Positions 1 through 8,069 are shown, counted from the stretch's first letter. The stretch: 35,152 nucleotides of DNA from a bacterium (GCA_030647845.1 JAUSIO010000004.1:1-35152); one strand, 5' to 3'. Program-made: numbers and translations. Notes: generated by a model from the letters alone, not told the origin.

Positions 1-101
1 ATGCAAACGCTGCGCCGCCGCATTTCTCCCGCTCGTGCGCTCCGGGCCGCTAGGCCAAGTCTTACACTCGCTTCGAGAAATGCGGCGGCTCCACAAACTA
101 T

Positions 102-338
102 ATGAGGATTGTCATAGCAAAAGTTGATGAAGTATTTTTTGACGGCGAAGCCGTCTCGATGACCGTGCCTGGCGCCGAGGGCGAGATGACCGTGCTGGGG
201 CAGCATATGCCGCTTATCACGACGCTTAAAAAAGGAACTATCACCGTTCGTCAAGATGGAAATTTGTCTCCAAGTATGTTTGATATAGAGAGTGGCGTCC
301 TAGAAGTCCGCAGAGATGGAGCAACGGTGATTTTGTAA
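102..338 (+). CDS. atpC: F-type ATP synthase epsilon subunit, N-terminal beta-sandwich domain only (78 aa)
   Basis: ATG ORF. The translation (VFFDGEAVSMTVPGAEGEMTVLGQHMPLITTLKKGTITV) matches the conserved epsilon N-terminal domain. The stop comes before any C-terminal helical hairpin. Confidence 0.8.
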   Translation: MRIVIAKVDEVFFDGEAVSMTVPGAEGEMTVLGQHMPLITTLKKGTITVRQDGNLSPSMFDIESGVLEVRRDGATVIL

Positions 339-388
339 AACACATTAACTTTACGCTATAGCGCATACTTAATGTGTTGGCGATTTTT
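339..388 (+). terminator. Stem-loop after atpC (10-bp perfect arms) followed by a T-run
   Basis: AACACATTAA (339..348) pairs with TTAATGTGTT (369..378). An inner 10-nt palindrome CGCTATAGCG lies at 354..363, and TTTTT at 384..388. Confidence 0.45.
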
Positions 389-405
389 CAGAATCTATAT
401 AAAAT
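377..405 (+). promoter_or_regulatory. Candidate sigma70-type promoter for tRNA-Ala
   Basis: TTGGCG (377..382), a 17-nt spacer, then TAAAAT (400..405), about 12 nt upstream of the tRNA 5' end. Sequence motif only. Confidence 0.3.
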
Positions 406-417
406 AAGTTCCTGCAG

Positions 418-493
418 GGGCCCGTAGCTCAATTGGTAGAGCGCCGCCATGGCATGGCGGAGGCAAGGGGATCGTAGCCCCTCGGGTCCACCA
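418..493 (+). tRNA. tRNA-Ala, anticodon GGC, with encoded CCA
   Basis: Hand-folded cloverleaf. Acceptor GGGCCCG/CGGGTCC includes the G3:U70 alanine identity pair. D arm is GCTC-AATTGGTA-GAGC. Anticodon arm is CCGCC-ATGGCAT-GGCGG. T arm is AGGGG-ATCGTAG-CCCCT. Discriminator A plus CCA. Total 76 nt. Confidence 0.93.
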
Positions 494-566
494 AATTTGA
501 TTTTTAGTAAAAATTATGTATTAATTAGCAACGGAGAACTTACGGCTTTCAAGCGGAGATTGCTCA

Positions 567-968
567 ATGACACAAATAGGTACTACTCCCACAGGTCGTG
601 GAAAGATTTACCTCGGCCCTCCCGCAGTGCTTCTATATGTATGCGTTTTGTCTTTAATAGGAATGCTGGGGTTTGTCTATGTCGGAATACACCACCACGC
701 GAAACAGCTACGCGCATCTCTTTCGGCTCCCACTTCCTTTACTACTCCAATTCCGGCGGAAGTGGTAGAGAAAGCCCTGAAATACAATGTGGAAGTATTA
801 GGCTGTAAGGAAGGCACCATCCGCTGGTTCGCGTTTCGAGATGGGTTGGTCTTCGACAATGAGCTGTCAACTGAGAAGAATTGTTCTGTCTCAAGAGCGA
901 GTGGTGCTCTCGGCTCTTTCGGTCCTGTCCCTGCGGCGGTTATTGTCACTAGCGAACAACCAAAGTAA
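567..968 (+). CDS. Hypothetical protein with one N-terminal TM helix (133 aa)
   Basis: ATG ORF with GGAGA 7 nt upstream. Hydrophobic segment LGPPAVLLYVCVLSLIGMLGFVYVGI. A terminator hairpin follows. No recognisable family. Confidence 0.55.
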   Translation: MTQIGTTPTGRGKIYLGPPAVLLYVCVLSLIGMLGFVYVGIHHHAKQLRASLSAPTSFTTPIPAEVVEKALKYNVEVLGCKEGTIRWFAFRDGLVFDNELSTEKNCSVSRASGALGSFGPVPAAVIVTSEQPK

Positions 969-986
969 CCGCTAGGTTCCGTTCCA

Positions 987-1014
987 ACGGCCCCATCCAG
1001 GGTCGTTTTTCTTT
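987..1014 (+). terminator. Rho-independent terminator-like hairpin
   Basis: ACGGCCC-catcca-GGGTCGT (7 bp including one G:U), followed by TTTTTCTTT. Confidence 0.5.
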
Positions 1015-1044
1015 GGAGAAAAATTTCCGTGTTACAATTTTTGC

Positions 1045-1935
1045 ATGGAGGTCAGTAATCTCGTTCTCTATTCAATACAGCAGCTCGGGGTGATGTTTGC
1101 CGTTGGGGCGCAAACAGTTATCCTGGTTGCATACTTGCTCGCAATCCGCAACGGCATAGTAGACGAGCAAGAAGAGCGCTTTTCAAAAGCGGTCAAGCGG
1201 GTGTTGTTTGTAGGCTTATTTTTGATTGTCATATCCGGCTTGGCGATAACCGCGCTCGAGCTTTTGGCCGCGCACCGGCCGATAGTATTCTCTCCCGCGT
1301 ATCTTTTTAAGTGGTGTTTGATTGGCATGGGGGTAGTGCTCGCGCGCGCAACATGGGGCATCTCAAGGTCGGCAGGATTACTCGAAGGCGTTGCCGGCGC
1401 TACGTGGTACGCGCTTTTTGCCGTGCATATTTTGGCACCGGTCGCCACTTGGCCGCAATTGCTGACGCTCTTTTCGGTGTGGCTCATTGTTTTTGTACTT
1501 GGCTGGACGGGGCTGGTGTTTGGACTACGCGGTAAGCGAGCAGTAGTCGAGGCTTCGGTTGCAAAAGAAAAAAATACGAAAGTACTAAAAACCATGCCTG
1601 CCGCCTGCCTGCCGGTAGGCAGGGCAAGGCAGGCGCCGGTGGTCGTACGGCCAATACAACCAACACGACCGATACAGCCGGTGGCGGCGTTTATAGCTCC
1701 AATGCCAAAAGTACTTCCTCATGTCGTGCCGGTGGTACCATTCCGCCCTACCATACCGGAGAACCTCCCCGTGTTTACAACCGACGCTCCTCTTGTGCCG
1801 CAGCCGCCCCAAGTAGCGCAGGCGGTTGTTGTCGAGCAAAAAGTGGACGACCCAAACAGCACACCAGGACTTCCTCATATCCGCGTGATGCCAAAAACCA
1901 TTGAGGAGCTACAAAAAATACTTGCACATATATGA
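1045..1935 (+). CDS. Multi-pass membrane protein with a proline-rich C-terminal tail (296 aa)
   Basis: ATG ORF with 4-5 hydrophobic helices in the first ~170 aa, then a P/V/Q-rich tail with a tandem RPIQPT/RPIQPV. TACAAT lies 6 nt upstream of the ATG. Its stop overlaps the next start (ATGA). Confidence 0.7.
   Translation: MEVSNLVLYSIQQLGVMFAVGAQTVILVAYLLAIRNGIVDEQEERFSKAVKRVLFVGLFLIVISGLAITALELLAAHRPIVFSPAYLFKWCLIGMGVVLARATWGISRSAGLLEGVAGATWYALFAVHILAPVATWPQLLTLFSVWLIVFVLGWTGLVFGLRGKRAVVEASVAKEKNTKVLKTMPAACLPVGRARQAPVVVRPIQPTRPIQPVAAFIAPMPKVLPHVVPVVPFRPTIPENLPVFTTDAPLVPQPPQVAQAVVVEQKVDDPNSTPGLPHIRVMPKTIEELQKILAHI
1596..1634. repeat. PAL-B palindromic repeat, nested/duplicated copy, in frame inside the CDS
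   Basis: GCCTGCC-GCCTGCCT-GCCGGT-AGGCAGGG-CAA-GGCAGGC, translated as ACLPVGRARQA. Same GCCTGCCT...AGGCAGGC arms as the copies at 19891, 23941, 25215 and 28098. Confidence 0.75.
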
Positions 1936-2549
1936 TAAGTTTTTTTAAAGACCACCCAAAGAAAAAGATTGTCGTGCTCGTTGGCCACCCCGACCGTGGG
2001 CAAACACTCTCGCGCGAGATGGCGCTCTTGTACATTGCTTCGGCAAAAAAAGAGGGGCACGAGGTACGGCACTTCCACTTGGGCGACATGCAGTTCGACC
2101 CGATTCTCCACCAAGGATACAAAGTAATACAAGAACTTGAGCCCGACCTCAAAAAACTACAAGACGCTGTGCGTTGGTGCGACCACTTCTGTTTAATCTA
2201 CCCAAACTGGTGGGGGACCATGCCGGCGCTCCTTAAAGGTATGTTCGACCGCATGTGGCTCCCCGGGTTCTGCTTTCATATGCGCAAGCACAAAGATGGC
2301 ACGCCAGCGATGGGTTGGAAAAAAATGATGAAGGGCAAGACCGCACGCGTGGTGGTGCTCTCGGGCAATAATCCTTTTTTAATACGGATATTTTTTGGTG
2401 ATTATACAAACGAAATCCGCAGAGCAATTTTGTGGTTTGCAGGGTTTAAAACAAAGTTGACGCGCCTCGGTCCCACCGACCACGCACCGGAGTGGATGCT
2501 CAACCACTGGCGCCGCACAGTCGCCCGCTTGGGTACGCACGGGGAGTAG
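1932..2549 (+). CDS. Flavodoxin-like fold NAD(P)H dehydrogenase (quinone) family protein (Flavodoxin_2 type)
   Basis: KKIVVLVGHPDRGQTLS...DHFCLIYPNWWGTMPALLKGMFDRMWLPGFCF resembles the NAD(P)H:quinone oxidoreductase / KefF-like family. 4-nt ATGA overlap with the upstream gene. Confidence 0.7.
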   Translation: MISFFKDHPKKKIVVLVGHPDRGQTLSREMALLYIASAKKEGHEVRHFHLGDMQFDPILHQGYKVIQELEPDLKKLQDAVRWCDHFCLIYPNWWGTMPALLKGMFDRMWLPGFCFHMRKHKDGTPAMGWKKMMKGKTARVVVLSGNNPFLIRIFFGDYTNEIRRAILWFAGFKTKLTRLGPTDHAPEWMLNHWRRTVARLGTHGE

Positions 2550-2565
2550 TGTATATTTGTCTTTC

Positions 2566-3567
2566 ATGGGTCTTTCAATCGGCATAGTGGGGTTGCCAAA
2601 TGTCGGAAAGTCGACTCTGTTTAACGCGCTTACCAAAAAAAGCGTGCTGGCGGCAAATTACCCATTTGCGACTATCGACCCGAGTTTAGGGGTGGTTGCG
2701 GTGCCCGACGAGCGCGTTGACAAACTAGCCGCATTTTCGAACTCGGCCAAAAAAATCCCTGCGGCGGTCGAGTTTGTCGACGTTGCGGGGCTCGTCCGCG
2801 GCGCCTCGGAGGGCGAGGGGCTCGGCAACAAGTTTCTCTCGCATATCCGCGAGGTTGACGCAATCGCGCACGTCGTGCGTGTCTTTGACAATACCAACAT
2901 CATCCATGTCGAGCAGGAGGTAAACCCCGTGCGCGACATTGAGCTTATCAATACCGAACTCGCACTAGCCGATTTAGAAACAGAAGAAAAACGCAAAGAG
3001 AAGTCCCGACGTTCCGGTAAACCGGAAGTCGGGACCCCGACCAAAGCGTCGGGGCTCTCCGATAAGCCGGTGCTCTATGTGTTAAACCGCGAGGCAGGCG
3101 GGCATAACCTCGACGAGATGCGCGACGGGCGGTGGGAGCGTTTGATGGAGTGGCTCACAGAACATAATGCGCAGTATGTTACCGTTGACGCAAATGTCGA
3201 GAGCGAATTGCGCGAACTGCACCCAGACGATAAACAACAGTTTAGGCAGGAGTATGGTGTGCTCGACGATGGCGTCAATGGTTTGATTGCCGCTGGCTAT
3301 CGACTGCTTGGGCTGATGAGTTTTTTTACCACGGGTGCTGACGAGACGCGCGCGTGGACAATCCCGCAGGGTTCAACCGCGCCCGAGGCGGGCGCGGTAA
3401 TACACACCGACTTTTTTACAAAATTTATCCGTGCCGAAGTGATTGCGTGGGATAAGCTACTCGAAGCGGGTTCCTACGCAAAAGCCCGCGAGCAAGGTCT
3501 CGTCCGCACCGAAGGTAAAGAATACATAGTAAAAGACGGCGACGTCATAGAATTCTTGCACGGGTAA
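2566..3567 (+). CDS. ychF: Redox-regulated ATPase YchF (Obg-family P-loop NTPase)
   Basis: MGLSIGIVGLPNVGKSTLFNALT (G1), ATIDP, VEFVDVAGLVRGASEGEGLGNKFL, and the C-terminal TGS-like end EGKEYIVKDGDVIEF. The track start 2557 is TTG, so I used the ATG at 2566. Confidence 0.9.
   Translation: MGLSIGIVGLPNVGKSTLFNALTKKSVLAANYPFATIDPSLGVVAVPDERVDKLAAFSNSAKKIPAAVEFVDVAGLVRGASEGEGLGNKFLSHIREVDAIAHVVRVFDNTNIIHVEQEVNPVRDIELINTELALADLETEEKRKEKSRRSGKPEVGTPTKASGLSDKPVLYVLNREAGGHNLDEMRDGRWERLMEWLTEHNAQYVTVDANVESELRELHPDDKQQFRQEYGVLDDGVNGLIAAGYRLLGLMSFFTTGADETRAWTIPQGSTAPEAGAVIHTDFFTKFIRAEVIAWDKLLEAGSYAKAREQGLVRTEGKEYIVKDGDVIEFLHG
3003..3054 (+). repeat. HP-A double-hairpin repeat, in frame inside ychF
   Basis: GTCCCGAC-G-TTCCGG-taaa-CCGGAA-GTCGGGAC, then CCCCGAC-caaagc-GTCGGGG. 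Shares an identical 27-mer with the dnaK copy. Translated ...[17 protein letters not shown]. Confidence 0.85.
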
Positions 3568-3578
3568 AAAAGAAAAAA

Positions 3579-3598
3579 TCCACCCTAGTGTAGGTGGA
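3579..3598. terminator. Hairpin between convergent genes (candidate bidirectional terminator)
   Basis: TCCACC-ctagtgta-GGTGGA, with an A-run on the left that reads as a T-run on the minus strand. Confidence 0.4.
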
Positions 3599-3600
3599 CT

Positions 3601-4029
3601 CTATACAATTGTGACTACTTCCTGCAATTTCTCAGGCGACAGGTATCTGCGGAGATGTTCTCTGATTTCTCTCCGTATCTCCATAGGCAGTGGGGGTTCG
3701 ACAGAAAGAAACTGAACTGCTTCTACGACTGTGCGTTCTATAAGAAACGCCTGTCCGTTGGGAGGGACGTCAATATATAAGCGCATTTTAGGGTGCCCGT
3801 CGTTCCAGATTAGGGCGCTATACCGGAGCCTTGTCTTGGAGTCTTGGGTAGAGCTGCCAATTGCAACTTGTCGATTTATAAATTTTTTGTCTTCTGAAGG
3901 GGACGATATTTTGGCTGGCCACAAGGCGGCGACTTGGGTATAAACCCCATCGGGCATCCCTGGTACTTGTGCCTGCAACCAAGCTTTCTTTTCGTCCAGC
4001 GTGCTGTTCGCACCCGGCTTGTCTATCAT
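3601..4029 (-). CDS. Orphan hypothetical protein (142 aa)
   Basis: ATG at 4029 is preceded by GGGAGAG plus 5 nt, a Shine-Dalgarno-like motif that is rare in this window. By eye it uses AGA/AGG/CGG arginine codons. No recognisable family. Confidence 0.6.
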   Translation of the reverse strand: MIDKPGANSTLDEKKAWLQAQVPGMPDGVYTQVAALWPAKISSPSEDKKFINRQVAIGSSTQDSKTRLRYSALIWNDGHPKMRLYIDVPPNGQAFLIERTVVEAVQFLSVEPPLPMEIRREIREHLRRYLSPEKLQEVVTIV

Positions 4030-4122
4030 CACTTCTCTCCCACCGTTGTTTGTGCGTCTAACTCGACTCTAGCCTATTGTGGCGGTTTTGACAAACAGGG
4101 AAGTGTGGTACGCTGTTGGGAT

Positions 4123-5094
4123 ATGAACCAAGTAAAAACAACGCCGAAGGATTTCTTTTTGTGGGCGGGCGCGATGGTCACGCTCTACGGAAGTATAATT
4201 GCGTTTATTAATCTTTTGTTTGGCTATATCAACTACGCGTTCCCCGATGCGCTCAATAATTATTATTACGGCAACCCCTACGATAGTGGCATCAGTTATT
4301 GGATGGCTGCGTTTATCGTTTTTGGCACGGCGGCTGTCGGGCTCCTGCGCGTCATCCATAAAACAATAGAGAGAGACCCTTCGCGCGCGGATATTTGGGT
4401 GCGCCGCTGGGCGCTCTACCTCACGTTGTTTATCGCCGGCATCACGATATTGGGTGATCTCGTCGTTCTCCTCAATACATTCTTAGCCGGTGAGGATGTC
4501 ACGACGCGATTTTTGCTCAAGGTTGCGGTTGTACTCTTGGTCGCAGGAGGTGCCTTCATGCATTTTCTTGCAGACTTGCGCGGCTATTGGGTTGCCAAGC
4601 CTATGCGGGCGAACTCAGTCACGACTGCTGTCGCACTGGTTGGTATTTTGGCGATTGTCGCCGGCTTCTTTATCGTCGGCACGCCCTGGCAGGCCCGGCT
4701 CTACCGCTTTGACGTACAAAAAGTAAACGACCTCCAAAACATCCAATCACAAATCGTTGGTTACTGGCAGCAAAAACAAAAACTCCCAAGCCAGTTGAGC
4801 GACTTGAGCGACTCACTTTCGTACAACACATTGCCAAGCGACCCGCAAAACGGTGAGCAGTATGCATACAAAACAACTGGCGCACTGTCGTTTGAGTTGT
4901 GTGCGGGCTTCAACGCACCAAGCCAAGGAACTCTACAAGATAATTATCCTAAATATCGGCTCACGACACCAGCACCGATGGGTGGCGGCAAGGCTACACC
5001 CGATAACTGGCAGCACGCCGCAGGAGATGTGTGCTTCGAGCGCACTATAGACCCAGAGCGCTATCCGCCTTATCCAGCAACTCTAAAGCAATAA
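4123..5094 (+). CDS. Multi-pass membrane protein, possibly DUF5671-like (323 aa)
   Basis: I used the ATG at 4123 because the track start 3934 overlaps the divergent gene. There are 5-6 TM helices, then a soluble tail (YAYKTTGALSFELCAGFN...CFERTIDP). The family assignment is from memory and weak. Confidence 0.7.
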   Translation: MNQVKTTPKDFFLWAGAMVTLYGSIIAFINLLFGYINYAFPDALNNYYYGNPYDSGISYWMAAFIVFGTAAVGLLRVIHKTIERDPSRADIWVRRWALYLTLFIAGITILGDLVVLLNTFLAGEDVTTRFLLKVAVVLLVAGGAFMHFLADLRGYWVAKPMRANSVTTAVALVGILAIVAGFFIVGTPWQARLYRFDVQKVNDLQNIQSQIVGYWQQKQKLPSQLSDLSDSLSYNTLPSDPQNGEQYAYKTTGALSFELCAGFNAPSQGTLQDNYPKYRLTTPAPMGGGKATPDNWQHAAGDVCFERTIDPERYPPYPATLKQ

Positions 5095-5129
5095 TACAAA
5101 GGACTGTCCTTTGTAAGCGGTAAGTCAGT

Positions 5130-8069
5130 ATGGATAGGTACGATCATAAAAAGATAGAAAAGAAGTGGCAGAAGCGATGGGAGGAGTCGCAAGCGTTTCG
5201 TGCTGACGATGACTCCAAAAAGCAAAAAGACTATATCCTAATTGAGTTCCCGTACCCGTCGGGCGATGGCTTGCATGTTGGGCACGTGCGCTCGTGGACC
5301 GCGATGGACGTGGTGGCGCGCAAGCGGCGCGCGCAGGGCCGCAATGTCTTGTACCCAATCGGTTGGGATGCGTTTGGCTTACCAACCGAGAACTATGCGC
5401 TCAAAACGGGCAAAGACCCGCGCGTGGTAACCCGCGAAAATACCGACAACTTCCGTCGGCAAATCAAATCGCTCGGCATTTCCTTCGACTGGTCTCGCGA
5501 GGTCAACACCACCGACCCAAACTATTACAAATGGACACAATGGATTTTTCTCCAGCTATTCAAAAAAGGTCTTGCGTACAAGGCACAGACGCAAATTAAC
5601 TGGTGTCCAAAAGACAAAATCGGTTTGGCAAACGAAGAGGTGTTGACCCATTCGACAAGCTCAGGGCAGGTAGCCGTCTGCGAGCGTTGCGGCACGCCGG
5701 TTGAAAAGCGTCTCAAAGAGCAGTGGATGCTCGCGATTACCAAATATGCACAGCGCTTGTACGACGACCTCGACACGGTGGACTACATCCCCGCCGCAAA
5801 AATCGGCCAGCGCAACTGGATAGGCCCGAGCGAAGGCGCTGCAATTGAGTTTTCTATAAGCTCCGCAGGTGAAACCTGCGGAAGCGCAAAAGTGTTTACT
5901 ACGCGGCCGGACACTCTATTTGGCGCAACATACTTGGTACTGGCTCCCGAGCACGCATTGGTGCACGAGCTTGCCGAAAAAGTGGAAAATAAAGACGAAG
6001 TAGTACGATATATCACAGCGGCAAAAAATAAAAACGAGATTGATAGGACAACAGAAGGGAAGGAAAAAACAGGGGTGGAATTAAAGGGGGTCAAAGCAAT
6101 CAACCCAGCAAACAAAGAAGAAATCCCGATTTTTGTTGCCGACTATGTGTTGGGCGGCTATGGAACAGGTGCCATTATGGCAGTACCTGCCCACGACGAA
6201 CGTGACTTCGCGTTTGCAAAAAAATTTGATTTACCTATCAAAATCGTTATTGAGCCACATATAATACAAACAACCGGGTCGAGTCCCTATCGAGAAGGGG
6301 AGCCAATCGTTTCTCGCGATGGCATTATCGCCATAGTCAAACATTGGTCGGAAGAAAAATATATTGGTTTACAGTGGAAAAAAGTTGATTGGCATACGTT
6401 TATCACTGGTGGTATTGAGAAGGATCAAACACCGGAAGAAGCTGGTATCACAGAGATTCGCGAAGAAACTGGATTCTTGACCCCCAAATTAGTCAAAGAG
6501 TTTGGCGTGGTGCACGGACAGTTCTACCACGTGCCTAAAAAAGAAAATCGTCTTGTCCACGGACATATTCTTTATTTTGAACTTCAGGACGATACGCATG
6601 AGAAAATATCGGAGAAGGAGAGCGCAATACACGATATCCACTGGTTGAGTGCAGAAGAGCTTGTTAGTTGGCTTACCCCAAAAACGCATACTTACGCACT
6701 CGAGCTACAACAAAAAGGAGTCGCGCTTTACACGGGAGAAGGGATCCTCACTAACTCTGGAAAGTTCAACGATCTCTCAAGCGAAGATGCAAAAAAGAAA
6801 ATTACCGAGTTTGTGGGGGGCAGGTGGGTGACGACCTTTAAACTCCGCGACTGGGTGTTTAGCAGGCAGAGGTATTGGGGCGAACCGATACCTCTTATAC
6901 ATTGTCAAAAGGACGGTTGGGTTGCCGTGCCAGAAGCAGATTTGCCAGTGGAGTTACCCGTGGTTGAAAAATATCAGCCGACCGATACCGGCGAGTCGCC
7001 CCTTGCCAATATAAAAGAGTTTGTGGACACGGCGTGTCCTAAATGTGGGGGGCTGGCAAAACGCGAGACCGACGTGATGCCTAACTGGGCGGGCAGTAGT
7101 TGGTACTGGTTGCGCTACTGTGACCCACACAACGACAAAGAGTTTGCCTCGCAAGAAAAACTTGACTACTGGGTCGGTTCTGTTGCACGGCAAGGTTTAA
7201 CCTTGCCGCAGAGCGGCGGAGTGGATTGGTACAACGGTGGGATGGAGCACACGACACTTCACCTTTTATATTCGCGTTTTTGGCACAAATTTTTATTTGA
7301 CATTGGCGTGGTGCCCACCAGCGAGCCGTATATAAAGCGCACCAGCCACGGGCTGATTTTGGCCGCGGATGGCTCAAAGATGTCAAAGTCAAAAGGCAAT
7401 ACGGTGAGCCCCGACGAGCTGGTTGAGCGCTTTGGCGCCGACTCCCTGCGCTTGTACGAGATGTTTATCGGGCCCTTTGACCAACCGGTGGCGTGGAGTA
7501 CCAACAGTATTTTGGGGGTCCGGCGTTTTTTGGAGAGGGTGTGGGCGCTGGGTGCAAGGACATCCGATGTCCCAGGGACATCGGATGTCCAAACGGAGGT
7601 GTTGCTCAACCAGACAATCAAAAAAGTTTCTGATGATATTGAGCATTTAAAAATGAATACCGCTGTCTCGGCGTTGATGATTTTGGCTAATCAATTGGCA
7701 GAACTAGAAAAGGTGCCCCATGTTGCGTACAAAACACTCTTGCAATTACTTGCGCCGTTCGCGCCGCACATAACGCACGAGCTTGCTGAAACATTAGGAT
7801 TGGAGCGCGCACAGTGGGAAGTATGGCCCGCATTTGACGAGTCAAAAATCGCTGCAACAACTGCGGTAGTCGCGGTGCAGGTCAACGGCAGGCTACGTGC
7901 CTCGATAGAACTTGCCACAGGGACGACAAAGGAGGAGGTCATCGCCCGCGCTCGCGCCGAGCCCGCAGTGGTGCGCTATCTTGCAGGCGGCAAAGAACAA
8001 AAAGTGGTCTATGTGCCGGGCAAGGTCGTCAATTTTGTGCTCGAAGACCCTGAAGAATTGAAGAGTTGA
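5130..8069 (+). CDS. leuS: Leucine--tRNA ligase (979 aa) carrying an internal Nudix-like insertion and two palindromic inserts
   Basis: HIGH-type motif (PSGDGLHVGH), CP1 editing-domain signatures (TTRPDTLFGATY, GTGAIMAVPAHDERD), KMSKSKGN, and zinc knuckles (CERCG, CPKCGG). Confidence 0.95.
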   Translation: MDRYDHKKIEKKWQKRWEESQAFRADDDSKKQKDYILIEFPYPSGDGLHVGHVRSWTAMDVVARKRRAQGRNVLYPIGWDAFGLPTENYALKTGKDPRVVTRENTDNFRRQIKSLGISFDWSREVNTTDPNYYKWTQWIFLQLFKKGLAYKAQTQINWCPKDKIGLANEEVLTHSTSSGQVAVCERCGTPVEKRLKEQWMLAITKYAQRLYDDLDTVDYIPAAKIGQRNWIGPSEGAAIEFSISSAGETCGSAKVFTTRPDTLFGATYLVLAPEHALVHELAEKVENKDEVVRYITAAKNKNEIDRTTEGKEKTGVELKGVKAINPANKEEIPIFVADYVLGGYGTGAIMAVPAHDERDFAFAKKFDLPIKIVIEPHIIQTTGSSPYREGEPIVSRDGIIAIVKHWSEEKYIGLQWKKVDWHTFITGGIEKDQTPEEAGITEIREETGFLTPKLVKEFGVVHGQFYHVPKKENRLVHGHILYFELQDDTHEKISEKESAIHDIHWLSAEELVSWLTPKTHTYALELQQKGVALYTGEGILTNSGKFNDLSSEDAKKKITEFVGGRWVTTFKLRDWVFSRQRYWGEPIPLIHCQKDGWVAVPEADLPVELPVVEKYQPTDTGESPLANIKEFVDTACPKCGGLAKRETDVMPNWAGSSWYWLRYCDPHNDKEFASQEKLDYWVGSVARQGLTLPQSGGVDWYNGGMEHTTLHLLYSRFWHKFLFDIGVVPTSEPYIKRTSHGLILAADGSKMSKSKGNTVSPDELVERFGADSLRLYEMFIGPFDQPVAWSTNSILGVRRFLERVWALGARTSDVPGTSDVQTEVLLNQTIKKVSDDIEHLKMNTAVSALMILANQLAELEKVPHVAYKTLLQLLAPFAPHITHELAETLGLERAQWEVWPAFDESKIAATTAVVAVQVNGRLRASIELATGTTKEEVIARARAEPAVVRYLAGGKEQKVVYVPGKVVNFVLEDPEELKS
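6255..6720 (+). other. Nudix-hydrolase-like domain inserted within LeuRS (about residues 376-530)
   Basis: GGIEKDQTPEEAGITEIREETGF (6408..6476) fits the Nudix box Gx5Ex7REUxEExGU at 7 of 9 fixed positions (E7->Q, R15->T). It lies between ...FDLPIKIVIEP and YTGEGILTNSGKF, where the LeuRS linker is normally short. Confidence 0.7.
7188..7208. repeat. 21-nt perfect palindrome in frame inside leuS
   Basis: CGGCAAGGTT-T-AACCTTGCCG, within the segment translated VARQGLTLPQ, just upstream of the conserved GGMEHTTLHLLYSRF block. Confidence 0.7.
7558..7590. repeat. 33-nt perfect palindrome (two self-complementary 15-mers) in frame inside leuS
   Basis: GGACATCCGATGTCC-CAG-GGACATCGGATGTCC. Each 15-mer is itself a hairpin. 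33 nt equals 11 codons, translated RTSDVPGTSDV. Confidence 0.85.

Noticed and set aside
449-808. 119-aa + strand ORF that begins inside the tRNA-Ala.
   Set aside because: It starts within the tRNA and overlaps the better-supported 567..968 ORF in another frame.
5095-5129. A T-box or other riboswitch leader upstream of leuS and alaS. This includes the 19-nt palindrome ACAAAGGAC-T-GTCCTTTGT at 5097..5115.
   Set aside because: The spacers are only about 35 nt and about 50 nt, far too short for a T-box. The palindrome is more likely a terminator or hairpin for the upstream gene, and it has no T-run.
6255-6720. Whether the LeuRS insertion is an intein.
   Set aside because: The insert does not start with Cys/Ser, it has no TxxH block B, and there is no terminal His-Asn followed by Cys/Ser/Thr. 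It carries a Nudix box instead.
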